Shown here: piece by piece, positions 29,080-42,050 of the stretch
Numbering within the stretch: position 1 is the first letter of the stretch
Layout: the number at the start of each line of letters is the position of its first letter
Assembly: GCA_013239625.1 (NCBI GenBank)
Contig: MU054187.1
Span: forward strand, 23,436,795 to 23,500,794
Direction: 5' to 3'
Length of the DNA: 64,000 bases
Source of the DNA: Lama guanicoe
Taxonomy: Eukaryota
The notes under the pieces: generated by a model
Database searches by the model: none
What the model was told of the DNA's origin: nothing
What the model saw: the letters and a program-made list of their open reading frames with translations, nothing else
Position numbers and translations under genes: made by a program

Positions 29080-30560
29080 AAACAATGTTTACTGAGTACC
29101 TTCAGTGTCCCAAGTGTCATGTTGGGTACGAAGGATACTAAAGACAGACCTGATCACTACCCTGATCACCCTACATTCAAGTGAATCAGCCGATGAAAAC
29201 CAAGAACACAAAAACGTCATTGTAGTAATTGGAAAACTAATGAATTCTATGAAGGAAACACATCAGGGGTTGAGAACAAGGAAACATAAGGGGAACGTAC
29301 TTCAGGTAGGGAGATCAGGAAAGCATCTCTGAAGAAATACCACTTCAGCCAACATTTAAAGAAAGAGAAGATGGTATCTATGCAAAAATATTGGGAGGAA
29401 CCGCCCAAGAAAAGAAGAGTTTTGTATGAACAAAAAATTGAAGGGAGATCCAGGGAGTGTGAGAAGCAAGAAGGGAGTAGCACTAGAAACCTACACGCTG
29501 GACCTGGATCGCAGTTCGCGGCGCTGGGAAGCCACCAAAGAGGTTCAATTAGTGGAACTGATGAGCGGGATGTGCGGAGGGATATGATCTCTTTCATATT
29601 TTCAAAAGATGGTATTTGGCCTTTCGTGGAAAACGGATCATACAGAGAATAATGAAAATGAGATCTACCAAGGGTCTTTTGCTAGAATTAATTAATTAGT
29701 TATTGGAGTCATTTATCAACAACGTACTGTGTACACATTACACACTCCTTTATGCACTGCAGATATGAGAGTGAACAGAAGGCAAAATCTGCACTCATGG
29801 AGCTTAGATCACAGTGAATGGGTGTGGGGAAACTGCCCTTAAACAAGCAAATGAATAAAGCTATTTTCAGAGGGAAAAGTGTACAAAAATACAAAAGAAT
29901 ATATTAATATAACAGTGATGGAATGGCTGGATCCCTTTATTCAGATAACAGTGCAAATTGTGTATTCAGTGTGAATTGTGACTCATGTAATTCCAAAGAG
30001 CCAAACCAGTAAAATGGTTTTAGAGAGAGGAAACACCAAGACCAAGTGCTCTAATGGAAAGAACCTTATTAGTTTGAACACCATGTTGCAGGAGTGTGTA
30101 GTGAGGATAGAGGTGACGTGGCCTTTGTCACAATTTGAATTTTATTCTAAGTGAAATAGGAAACCACTGAATAATTCAATGAAAAAGTTCTTTATTAGTT
30201 GTCTGAATAAGATGGCAGCAATAGAGATGGAAAGGAATCGTGACATATTTTGGAGATGGAATATAATAAAGAAAAGATTGTATCAAGAAAAATCCTGAAG
30301 TTCTGACTTTTGTTAAGTGAGAGACTTTATAGTGTTATACAAACAGACAAAGACGACGTGGGTGGGTGGGCTGTTGGGGGTTCAAATCAAAATCTGAGAG
30401 GTCATTTAGATACCTAAGAAGTCAAGTAAGTAACAGGATGTGTATTTGAAGACAGTAAGTCTTTCAAGTCACAAGCATAAATATGGCATTTACTAATTCA
30501 AGATTCCATGAGACAATCCAGAGAGGATGAAGAGTAACCAGGACTGGGTTTCTAGGAACA
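29080..30560 (-). mobile_element. Cluster of L2 fragments
   Basis: Two L2 3'-end signatures (tttactgagtacc at about 29088; catttatcaacaacgtactg at about 29710), each with a purine-rich body. Confidence 0.6.
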
Positions 30561-30574
30561 TGTGACCCACCTCT

Positions 30575-30595
30575 CCCCCCCCCCCCCCCCCCCCC
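30575..30595. repeat. C21 homopolymer (G21 on gene strand)
   Basis: Directly visible. Confidence 0.92.
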
Positions 30596-33500
30596 AAAGG
30601 AAAAAGAGGGAAGAAAAGGCAAATGGGAAGGAGGTAGAGAAGTCAAGGGAGAAAGACAAAGTAAAAGAAAACCCAAGAAGCCAAAAAAAGGGAGTGGTCC
30701 TAAATGACTATCTCTAGTCCAAATATCTCTTGAAAACCAAAAATGATGTATGGTTACCTCCTGGGTTTCTACAAAGTTGACCCACAAGTTCAAAGTTGAA
30801 CTCATCAAAGGACCTTCTTGTTTTCTCTATTTGGATGGATGGCATGCTAGCTACTCAGTGGCTCACATCGGAAACCTCCCTCTTTGTTTTTCCTATTTAA
30901 TGAGTCCTTACATTCAGCTGGTTTGATTTGGTTAACTCTTCCTTGAACCTGTCCCCTGCAGATCATTCTTCTTGCCACTGGTTCTAGGTATTCTTTCCCA
31001 TCGTCCCTTCCAAAGTTAACTGCCTGTTGTCCATAAGTTCTAACGTACGTCCCACTGCTCTCCATAGCCTCCTTCAGTATTACCACTCCACACCCAGAGC
31101 CAGTCAAAATTCTGCAGAGTGAAAGAGATGAGCAGAGCCATCCATGCCTCTTTCTTGCCGATGTGACTCAAGGAATGTTAAGAGACTTTTCTCAGCAGGG
31201 GAAATTGACTACTCATTGGGGGCCTGCGAAGTCGTGATGTCCATTGGTAAGGAGGCGTTACGAGGAAGAAGAAGTTGAGTCATCAGAGAGGCGTATTGGA
31301 AGAGAAAACAGAGTAGGGCAGGTGCAAAGAGGAAACAGACAGGAGACACAAGGACACCTGTTGGAGAGATGGCAGGTGTGGCCAGTTCCTGAGCTGAGTT
31401 CCTGCCACATTCATTCCTAAGCTCAATTAACCTGGTTGGGTTTCTTTTTCTTTTTTTTTTTTTTTTTTTTTGAGGAAGGCTGTTCCATATAATTTTTGAC
31501 CGTCTAAATATTACACAGATATTAGATCTATAAGCCCAAGTCTACTGGCCAAAGCCCTGGCTTTTAGCCACTGTACCGTGCAGCCTTCCAGCCATGTGCC
31601 TCCACAGCAATGCTTTTATTTTATAGCTTCCTTGCCTCCAGTCTGTCTCTCTTTTATCTATCTTCCACACAGTCATTAGAGAGATCTCCCTGAAATGTAC
31701 ACTGATTTTTATCTCTCTTGTTGACAGTCTTCAGTGGTTTCCCATTGCATTGGGGATAATACCCAAACCTACCTCAGGTAAGTCATTTTCAGGTTCTTTT
31801 CAATATGAGGCTCTTATTTTATCCATATTCTGTTTCATTCTTTTTTCTTTTTCTTAAAACCTGGTATGATTCTTTCAAAACTTAGCATGGCATCGCTTCT
31901 CTGGAAAACGGTTTCTATCTCAGTAAGAGGGGCCTCTTATTTTGCCAGAACACTCAGTCTTCAATGTTATCAGCTTACTCAGCACCCTGAACTTCATGAA
32001 TCACAAGCCTGCCACCCACTCTAGGCTGTGAACAACCAGAGGGCAAACATATCTGATACCATTTACCCGTGGCACCTTCATATGATGCCTGGAAAGTAGC
32101 AGGTGCTTAATAAATGGTTACTGATTGAAAGAATCATGTTTACTATTAGACAGATAATCAAATAAAAAATCCGAAATCTAACATAAAGGGACAATAAAGA
32201 CTACATTTATAATATTGTGTCTTGAATCTTGCTGAAAGAAAAGTTAATGTTATAATTATCGGCAAGTCCGAGAATATTTAAAGGCATGCCCCAGTATTGT
32301 GTCGGAGGGCCGTTAAAATGATTATATTTAACTGTATGTTGGAAAATACTATTGTAAAAATACACACCTATCCTGAGCCATTATTAAATGTGAATACTTT
32401 CTGAAGAAAAAAAAACCCCACAGTTCGAAGCCCCAGGTCACTTCCTTGCCAGGGTTAGTGAGATGGAAAGTCCAGAGAGCTGTTTTCCAGCTTGCTCTGT
32501 ATTTCAGTCATATCTCTATGGCATTTAAAATAGAAAGCCTTACAACAATAGGAGAAAGAGTGAGAAAGTCTTGTCCTGTTAGCCGATACCGCAGTCCTTA
32601 CTGCGTTCGTTCCTTTCATCACAGCTTTAATTAGGAAAGGGTGTACAGTTTCAATGCCTCCGACGCCAGCTGTGTAGACTAAACTTCACCAGCTCAGCGC
32701 GGTTGGCTGCCTTTCCTTTCAAGCAGAAGCATTCTACTCTGCCTTAGAAGGCTTCCATTTGTAGTTCCTATACCCTATTCTTTCCATGAAAATTTCTTCG
32801 CTCTCTTTCCAGGCCCGCTAGTGACATTGCCAGGTTCGTGGACACCCTGGACGTCCTGGTGCCTGTAACATGAGACAGTGTTCACAGAAACTTAGGTGTC
32901 TGTGAAACAAATGTGTTGTCCAAGGTGTCTCAGGAGAGGATGATGTGTGAAAAAAATTTACATTTCTTCCAAGAAATTAGCGTTATTATATAAAAGCTGT
33001 TTTGGCAGAGGAATGGGGATTGTCAAGTGTTACGGAAATATTTCCCAATGTTGCTGGTCAAATGTTTTCCATCAGTAAAAGGGAGAAACAATAAGCCCTT
33101 TACTGTTAATGATCAAGGCCTTTGTATACAGGATCTCAATCAGGCTTTTTTTTTATTCTATTAGGAGCAAACATCAGGGAATTTTTTTAATGCATTTATA
33201 TTCCCCTTAAAAAACAAAGCGAAAGAGAAGACTTATCAGCAAACGTTTGCTGTAAGTTGGCGTGATGAGATCCTCGCAGTTATGTACAGAAAAAGTTAAA
33301 AAACAGACCACCTTGCTTGCTGAGTATTTGTGGCACCGAATTCAAGAAAATAACGCGACAATGATTGTGAGTTACACGTTTAATTCTCCAAGTGCCTATT
33401 AAGGGAACACAACTGTACAATCCCTTTTGTATCTTAGTGAGACAAGATTTTCACATGACAAAGTTGAAACGATTTCGTTTCTAAGTTTTTAGAATTTGAG

Positions 33501-34602
33501 GAAGTATATGAGATACGTATTTAACTATTTTTTATAGGAGAAGGAGATTTTTAACTACCTTACCATCAGACAGTCTGGTTCTCTAGGAAAACATTGCCTC
33601 TTTGGCAGAAGGAGAGCACTTACTGGATTTCATATGGGGTTGATTTCTGGAGCAAGTGGAAAAAACCGGTCCTTACTGACATTGTACTTGGCAGAATGCA
33701 GGGGAAAATAATCAACAAGTCTGAGTTAAAGACAGAAAAGCTTTACAAATAAAATGAATAACCTCAAAGAATGTTTGGAGTTGGAGGCGGCTTTATAGAT
33801 CATCTATTCCAATCATTTTTCAATGATTCATTCAGCCAGCCAGCCAGTCAGCCAGCCATTCAATGTCTGTTTGTTAAGGGTCTGTTACAGCCAGTCACTG
33901 AACGAGGAGCAGCAGACACAAAAATCAGGGAAACACTGGGTTTTTGCTCTTGTGGAGCTGAGAGACCCGCACAGGAAATATGCTAAGTAAATAAACCCAT
34001 GAAGAGTTTTTAAATTACATGCTTTTTCCTACAAGAAAAAGTATAGTGTCTAATGACTTAAATTTTTTTTTTCAATCTAGAGGACAGTGCCTTAAAACTA
34101 CCACATACTTCCCTAACACCCTTGAACCCAGCCACTGTTACAGATAGGAGCACATTTGATTTTCCCGTACCCTGGATCAAAAAAATGGTTGAGAATCCAG
34201 CCTAACACATTTATTTTCCAGGTCAAAAAAGTGATGCGTTTAAAATGACACAACCAATTGCTAATAGATTTGTATTACAGCCCAGGACTTTTTAATGCAG
34301 TGCTAAACTTACTATTCCAAACTGACTTTCAAAACAGAGCATGTTTACACTCTGTCTGGCTTTCAGAATTGCTGATAATTCCTGCTTCCTTCCCCCTTAT
34401 CAACTGATCACTCCACATTTATTGTTGGAAGTATTTATTAATTAATCCACTGTATTAGGCTCGTGCTTTGCTCATTGTATCCTCAGTAATTAGATACCCT
34501 TTATAACTTTCATTTTTTTTTAAAGATCAGCTGCATTTTCGTCTCCTCAGAGTCCACAGAACTCTACTTGTACATTTATATTTTGCATCTTCTATTACAA
34601 AA

Positions 34603-34800
34603 GCAGTCAGTAAACTAGGGCCACCAGCTGCTGCCTTTTTTGCAAATAAAGTTTTACCCAAACACAGCCATACCAATTCATTGCCATATTGTCTAACATG
34701 CTTTCTAACCTTACAATGACGGAGTTTTGTAATTATGATAGAGACCATATGATCCGCAAAGCCAAAAGCATTTACTATGCGCCCTTCTACAGAAAAAATT
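34603..34800 (+). mobile_element. MER58A-like hAT-Charlie MITE
   Basis: aaataaagtttta...aaacacagcca...gagaccatatgatccgcaaagccaaaagcatttactat...tacagaaaaa matches the recalled MER58A consensus. Confidence 0.8.
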
Positions 34801-35084
34801 AGGACATAAATTCCATATTGGCTGACTTTTCTTCATACAAAATAAGCCTGCACTTGGATTACTCAATAATGATGTTTATTTGGTCGATTACTGTTCCAAC
34901 ACTGATACATTCTTTCAAAACACTACAAAGATTTAAAAAAATTATCATAAAGAATTGATACTGGCAGCCCTAGCAAACAGACTGGCTATGATCCTAGTTA
35001 AAATTCTTCAACCGTGAGAGTCTGAATAAAATAGGGATGCCACTTCTAAAAAGAAAAAAAAAATTCTTTATTGGATTAGTGGCT

Positions 35085-35300
35085 TAGTGGGATAGTCAAT
35101 AGCTTTGAAATCAGATAGAACTAGGGGGTTATTGCTCTACTGAGATCTTGGACAAGTCACTAAATCCAAGACTTTCTTTTCTAATTTACATGTAGAATAC
35201 TAACACCTCTCATTCAGAGCTCTGGAAATAATGCCCAAATGTATAATATACCCACACTGTACTTGACTCATGGCACCCAATAAATGGTACTCATTATTAC
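35085..35300 (+). mobile_element. MIR SINE fragment
   Basis: agctttgaaatcagatagaactagg...tcttggacaagtcactaaat...aataaatggtactcattatta. Confidence 0.6.
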
Positions 35301-35441
35301 AGAAGATGACATTTTGTGGATCGAATTTGTCTAGTGTCTACTCAAATAAATAATGCCAGCAATAAATGATTAAGAACACTGATTGATGGCAGCACCAGTC
35401 ATTTGGATTAAGTTTTAATTTTTATATTGTTTATAGGTAGG

Positions 35442-35480
35442 TAACACAAGAAATTTGAATAACACAAGAAATTTGAATAA
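35442..35480. repeat. 18-bp tandem duplication
   Basis: taacacaagaaatttgaa x2 followed by taa. Confidence 0.93.
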
Positions 35481-37017
35481 ATGCCCAGTTCTGAAGGTCA
35501 TGTGACTTTCTGTTACCAGAATTTATTTTTCCTGGTCCCTAATATTATCAAGTAAGTAGAGAATTTTGAACACATATGCAAATGTTGCAGACACTGAGGT
35601 GGGTAGCTTAGATCTCCCTTGAAGAAAGAACTGGCCATTCGGTTGAATGCCTTTGGATCTGATAGTTGGCCAAGGAGTCAATTGAGTGCCTTTGGTCAGG
35701 TCATGCACTTTTGGGGCAGCTTCCAGGCAGTGACTGAGCACAGCACATACTAGATTCTGGCCATTTCTGCACTATTCGGGACTCCTCTGACAGGCAACCT
35801 TTGCTCAGGAGTTCCTCACTGGGTTTGCCAAGATTCTGTGCCAGTCCTGCCTCCTCCCCTTTTATCTTTCAAAGCTTTACCTTCCTACCCATAACTTTAT
35901 CTTACTGTTTGCTTCCCAGAGTATGCAAATACAATAAATAAAAGGATGTGATACAAGTTGTTGATAATGAGGAAAAATCAGATGCACAATATTACTGATA
36001 TGAAAATATTGCAGTAGAAATTAAAAACAGCCATCATAAAAACATACCATAGGCTTTTTGAATAATCATAAATAAGTAGAGCTAAAATATAAGGGAGATT
36101 TTCAAATATTAAATGACCATTTGGTTTAGACGGTCACTTCATGTCAATATAAAATACAGACAGTAATATTAAAATTCTCTGAATGTATTTAATTCAAGCA
36201 AGTAACCTGTGTACATGTTATATAACTATTAATGTGTGTACCGAGGCCACTGAATGTAAATTTCTTAATCTAGTGTAACATTTTAGGCATCAATTTTCCA
36301 TTACCTTCTACAGAGATGTAAGTAATCATTCCATTATCTATTTAAAATAAAAGATCTCGTTTAGGTTATCCATTTTACTATGTAAGAAACAATGTATTTC
36401 TACTTTAAATGAACTTCATTAGCACTTCCTTAACCTTTCAAGAGTGGTGATTTGTCAACATCATAAAGAAATTGCTGATTTATGAGCATTTGAAATGAAG
36501 AAATAATGTAAGTCACATAAACCATTTCTCAAGCAAACAGTTCTTTTCTTTGCCATCTTCCAGTGCCACATATTTTAGACAGTTCTCTTTTGATACACGT
36601 CTTTTATATGCCTTTCTTACTCCCACACCTTACTAGCCTCCTCATTTCTGCCTCAGATACTTTAGTTCCTTTTCTATGTGACTTTTGCCTCTTGGAACAA
36701 AGCTGTCAAATAGAATGATAAGTACTGCTTGAAGTTATTAAATGATAGCAACAATATGAATTTGGAGACAACTTGTCGACTACTTGATCTTGACTGTTGC
36801 TGATTTGGACAACACTGGGAGATGGCTTTTAAATTGTTGTCCCGTTCTTGAAGGAGACTGCACCAGCTCAATTTCTAACATAGAATTTTTTATGTTATTG
36901 GCTCATAATCGTTCAATCTGGACATGACTAGTAACTGAGAATATAAACGTCTGGCTTGCTCGTGCTTACAAAACATTGCTCTGTTAAACGGGATTTCTCT
37001 GAATGACGTGAGGACAG

Positions 37018-37130
37018 CTGACTAGCACAAAGGGTGCAGTACATTCAGTTGCTGGAGAAAAGCATTTTACTTCCTGACTAGCACAAAGGGTGCAGTACAT
37101 TCAGTTGCTGGAGAAAAGCATTTTACTTCC
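37018..37130. repeat. Perfect 56-bp tandem duplication
   Basis: ctgactagcacaaagggtgcagtacattcagttgctggagaaaagcattttacttc at 37018-37073 and 37074-37129. Confidence 0.97.
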
Positions 37131-38089
37131 CTGGGGTGTGATATGTTTCCTATTTCCGGGGCTTTCCCAGTAAAATAAACCAACTTTTGGGCATCAATAA
37201 AAGAGTGACTCAGTTCACTGCCAAATGTTGAGTAGAAGGATAAGGGAGTCTGTTTAGACATCACAGTTCTAACCAGCAGCAGGTATACCAGGTGACAGTC
37301 ACGTATACCAAACCATGAGGCCAGCTAGCACTGAGTGAGAAAGGCCTGAGGTCTGTGCATCCAGCTTTACGCTCAGACATAAGCACCTACACTGAGTAAC
37401 GTCTTGACCAGGGAAGGGATATACTAAGAACTGGCTTCTTAAGGGAAAAGAAAACAAAACAAACAGAAATCCTACATATGTGAGGTTGAAAAAAATTCCT
37501 TAAAATATTTATCTGCTTACTTATACTTTGCTTCTTTACGCCAAAATATGTGATAAAAATAGTAAAGCATAAATAGAAAGTAAACAAAAATAAGACCAGA
37601 GAACTTAGAATGGAGAGCAAAAATAGAACACAATAAGCAATATAAAATAATAAAGATTGAATTACTCAAAATGTGGACATCAAAATATTGTACATAGTCA
37701 TTTTCAATATAAACATCTATTAGAAAATACAATATAATCATTGTAAGTAGTAACATTATATAATGTTTTAAGTATGATAGCTACAGTACATGGGTTCATT
37801 CTACATTAAGACTTAGTTAATTTCTCATGTTACTGTTCTCAATAGCAGTAGAACCTCAATCAAGAAGAGAGGATGCTGGGGAATGAGGCATCTCTGCTAT
37901 TAGGGGACACCCTGCTTGATTATCCCTGGGTTTAAGTAAGGGATTGAAACCAGAATAGTATTCATTTGGATGCTCATAATTAACACACTGTGGAAAAATG
38001 AAGGAATAAAATTTTACTACCCATGGTCACCAATATACTTAAATTTGTAAAATATTTATTTAAACTATTCCAACATAAACTGATGTGCT

Positions 38090-39480
38090 TAGCAAAGCTT
38101 TTTTTTTTAAGCCTTATTATGGTGTAATTAACACACAATAAATAGCACATATTTAAAATATATAATTTAAGTTTCCACACATGTATAGATCTGTCAACAT
38201 ATCTGTATAATCAAGATAATGAACATGTTTATCATCCTGAACTGTTTTTTCATGCCCCTCTGTATTCCCTCCTGCTCAATCTCACTGGTCCTTAGGCAAA
38301 CACTGAGACACCTCTTGGCACTGTAGATTAATTTGCACATTTTAGAAATTTTATATGAATATAGCAATACAGCAATACTCTTTTTTGTCTGACTTCTTTT
38401 ACTCATCATAATTATTTTGAGCCTCACCCATTTGTAGGATGAATCAGTAGTTCATCCTTTTTACTGCTGAGTAGTATTCCACTATGTGGACATACCATAG
38501 CTCATTTATCCTATTCACCTATTGAGGATATATGAATTGTTTTTAGTTTTTCATTGTCACAAATATGTCTGCTTTGAGTATTTGTGTAGATGTCTTTGTA
38601 TAAATGTTTTCATTTGTCTTGGGAAAATACCTGAGTGCAATGGTATTACACTGAATAAAACCTGCAGTAAAATGTTGATTAGAATTGATAAGTGTGGACA
38701 CCCTTGTCTTACTTCTGGTCTTATGGGGAAAGTCAGATACTGTGAATTTTACCTGGTTGGGTGGAATAATTTTGTATTCCTATAAATATTCCTGAGCTTT
38801 GTTCCAGGACTGTTACATAGAAACAATCTGAGTACTTCGGGTGTTGTAAGATTGGTTAGGAAGGATGGAATGAGTACTCATTCTAGGATCATTATTCCCC
38901 ATTGCTGAGGCAGAACTCTTCTCAGTAGCCTGTCCAGGGCCCGTGGACAGCCTGTGGCTGCTGGGAACAAGTACTGCCAGCCCTATGTCGGTGTCAGGCA
39001 TTGCCCCTTTTGTGTCTATTGCATGAGCCTTTCTCCAGACTTTGTTTCCTTACACACATCAGCTGACCAGCTCTGTCTCCCATATTGTTGGGGGTTCCTC
39101 TGCTAACCTCTGGGTGCTCACGTGGTGCAGCTCCTTCCTCTGCACTCCTTTGTCCCGTGAACTGTGGCCACCTTCTTCTCCCATGGCTCTCAGCTCTGTC
39201 TTCTTGACTGAGAGAACCTTCCAAACTCCACCTGCATTCCCATACCACGGGCCACAGCCTGGAAATTCTTACAAGAACAGAAACTGGGGCACTTTCTGGG
39301 CTTACTTCTCTTTATTTCTTAACTCTCAGGATTCACTGCCTTTGTTTCTTGATGTCTGGTATCATGAAAATCATTGCTTCATATGCTTTGTCCAATTTTT
39401 GGTGCTTTTACGTGGGAGGATAAATCTGACTCCTATTACTACATCTTGGCTAGAAACAGAAGCCACCCTTGGTGTATTTT
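38090..39480 (-). mobile_element. Ancient L1M (MC/ME-type) fragments
   Basis: ttactgctgagtagtattccactatgtggacataccatagctcatttatcctattcacc and similar motifs are the reverse complement of an old L1 ORF2 end/3'UTR. The right part is less certain. Confidence 0.7.
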
Positions 39481-40227
39481 TGATATACTGCACTTTTATA
39501 TATAAAAAGCAATAAAATTCTATTAAGAATATAAAACTGATCACATCTATGGACCACAATCTATATCCATTTTTATGATTATGTGCTGACAATTCCACGC
39601 ATATGACATACACATGTATAATTTTGCTCAAAGTTCAAAAATTATGTAAATTGTACAAAAATATGAAGTTTTTATTGTCTCCAGCAGTTTCTAATTCTTC
39701 TTAAGGTATTTATTAAAGCTCACCTGAATATGACATGTTATGTTGATTTTTACATTACTAAGATGGTATTTATACTTAATAGCTAAACATTCATTTGTAC
39801 TTCTGTTTATATCCACACCTTCAAATTCTCATGCAAGATGAAAGCAAGGCTAACACTGAAGTACTTTTAGGAAATACATGATTAAGTAAGTTTGGTGTAC
39901 CAAATTGGACTTTAGTTTGGTAGAAAGAATAAAAGACAGAGCTAGTTTAGTACAAGTACCCTTGTATAGACTAGATTAGAAGAAGAGAAAGACATAAAGG
40001 AAAAACAAGGAGAGAGAAAACAGAAGGAAAGAGTTCCAAAAAAAGAACAACTTGAAGAGGAATAATGCTTAAATCCATTGCTAACAGCTGTCCAATACGG
40101 CTGGTATGGGCTAGACCAAGTTGAATACAGCTGTGAACACAGACACAGATGAGGACTTGAACTGAATTCTTCATTCATTGAACAATTACTAGTTTAGTGT
40201 TTACTGTAGTCCTGTCATTGTTTAAAA

Positions 40228-40403
40228 CAGAGGTCAGCAAACTAGGACAAACTGCCTGCTTTCGTACGGCCCATGATCTAAGAAGAGGTTTTACATTTTC
40301 GAAGGCTGAAAAAAATAAAAGGAAATGTGATACAGATGGTATGGGCTTCAAAGCCAAACATATTTGCTATTTGGTCATTACAGAAAAAGTTTCTCAACTC
40401 TTG
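40228..40403 (+). mobile_element. MER58-family hAT-Charlie MITE with TIRs and 8-bp TSD
   Basis: TIRs cagaggtcagcaaact ... agtttctcaactcttg. Flanks gtttaaaa (40220-40227) and gtttaaga (40404-40411). Confidence 0.82.
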
Positions 40404-41804
40404 GTTTAAGAGATTGGGGATACAATGTTATGTTTAAAAAAAAAACAAGGGAGAGATGATCTTGCCCTCAGGAGCTGACATTCTAGTGAGAAGGATACAG
40501 ATGAGCAACAAGTAAGTGAAACATACAGTTTGCCAGATGGTATGCAGAAAATTAAACAGAGTAAGGGAAACAGAGTGCTAGAGATGAGGTGTTGACTGTC
40601 TCCTCATCCACAGAGCAAGATGGGGATGATGGTCTTGGGATGAGAGATGATCTGATCATCTAGACTTTGAGGTGATAAAGGCCATAAGGAGACCAGGGCA
40701 AAGCTAAGACAGTCATCCTGATTGTGATTGTTGTGATAAGGGTAGGAACACAGTGGTGTCACCCAAAGCCCAGGGTTCTGGAATTCTTAATTCTCCTGCC
40801 AATAGTGAGATTAAAGACCAGAGAAGGGGGTGGTCTTGTTGGAAATAGCCAGCGCTTCTGGCTCCCTCTGAATAAGCAATGATGTTTGGAATAAGGGAGC
40901 TACCTGTTTCTAACGTGTTCGGGGAGGTTTATCTGAGGGTAATGCGGGGAGTAAACTGGAGGAAGGAAGCACCGCAGCTGGGCCCTCGGAGTGAGAAAGC
41001 TCTAAGATTAGACATTGCCTGATACTGACAGTAGATCAGAGGAGACCGCTGACAAGCTAAACATTCTAAACATTTAGTAACTATGTGACAAGAGACAAAG
41101 TTGTTCCTGTTGTTACCATTGTAAGAAATATCCTTTTGAGTCCAATCAGAATGCAACTATCTTGCTTTTATTAAAACGTTTGTTTAGCACCTACTATGCA
41201 CCGAACACTGTCTCTGGGAACTGGAAATACAGTGGTGTGTGAGAGAATATAAACAAGATCCAGCTTGCATGGAATTTACATCAGAACGCAGTCAATTTCA
41301 GATGTTACAAGTGCTGCGTGCGCGGTGGAGGGTGGCAATGGCGTGGACAGGGAGGACACTCTGGGGAGGTCCCTTTCATGCTGGCAGTTGGAAGATGAAA
41401 AGCAGCGAGCCCTTCCAGAGTGAGGGAGGGAGGGGAGGCACACTGAATAGAAGTGCGAAGGCCCCGAGGCAATAAAGAATCGTGGGAACACTGATTTGTG
41501 ACTGTGCCAGTTTCTCCTCGGGCGGTTTCATCAGAGGGCACGATTGATGCTGTGATGAGACGGGGTCCCTTGGGACAGCCCTCAATCCGTAGGCTACCTA
41601 GGGCTTATTCTTCCATTTGTTGTTGTTGTTGTTGTTTGTTGTTGTTGCTACTGCCCATGGGACCAAAGAAGAGTGTAGGGGAGGGTAATTTCCCTCCAAA
41701 TATCATGCCCCTAGGATTCTGAACCTTTAGGCATCTTTCCTTTGTCCATGGTGGGACAGGACATGTCACTCATTACAGAGAGCAGGGGGGCAGTAATATT
41801 GATA

Positions 41805-42050
41805 ATAATAATAATGACAGCGATCACACCAGCAGTAGCAATGGCTGATGTTTACTGAGGGCTTGTGGGTGCCAACCTCTTCACACTTGGTCATTAATTT
41901 ACTCCTCAAACTGATCCTGAGGTGGGGACTAATACTAACCTCATTCTCCAGATGGAGAAACTGAGGCAAAGAGAATTGAGCAACTGTCCAGTTCGAGGAG
42001 CTAGTAAGTGCTCAAAATTGGCAGTGTGACCGCAGGACTGTCGTGTTCCT
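41805..42050 (-). mobile_element. MIR SINE
   Basis: Core ctcattctccagatggagaaactgaggcaaagagaattgagcaactg. Confidence 0.8.

Noticed and set aside
23290..30560. Inverted L2 elements flanking exon 8 as circRNA drivers
   Set aside because: The L2 copies are very old and too diverged for confident pairing; no direct evidence.
31090..35925. Possible LTR (MaLR/ERVL) remnants near 31090-31450 and 35580-35925
   Set aside because: The resemblance is too weak to assign a family or boundaries without a repeat library.
37018..37130. CRISPR-like or regularly interspaced repeat
   Set aside because: Only two adjacent copies with no spacer, in a mammalian intron.
39042..39515. 157-aa ORF in intron 7
   Set aside because: Falls in probable old L1-derived sequence; no recognisable homology.
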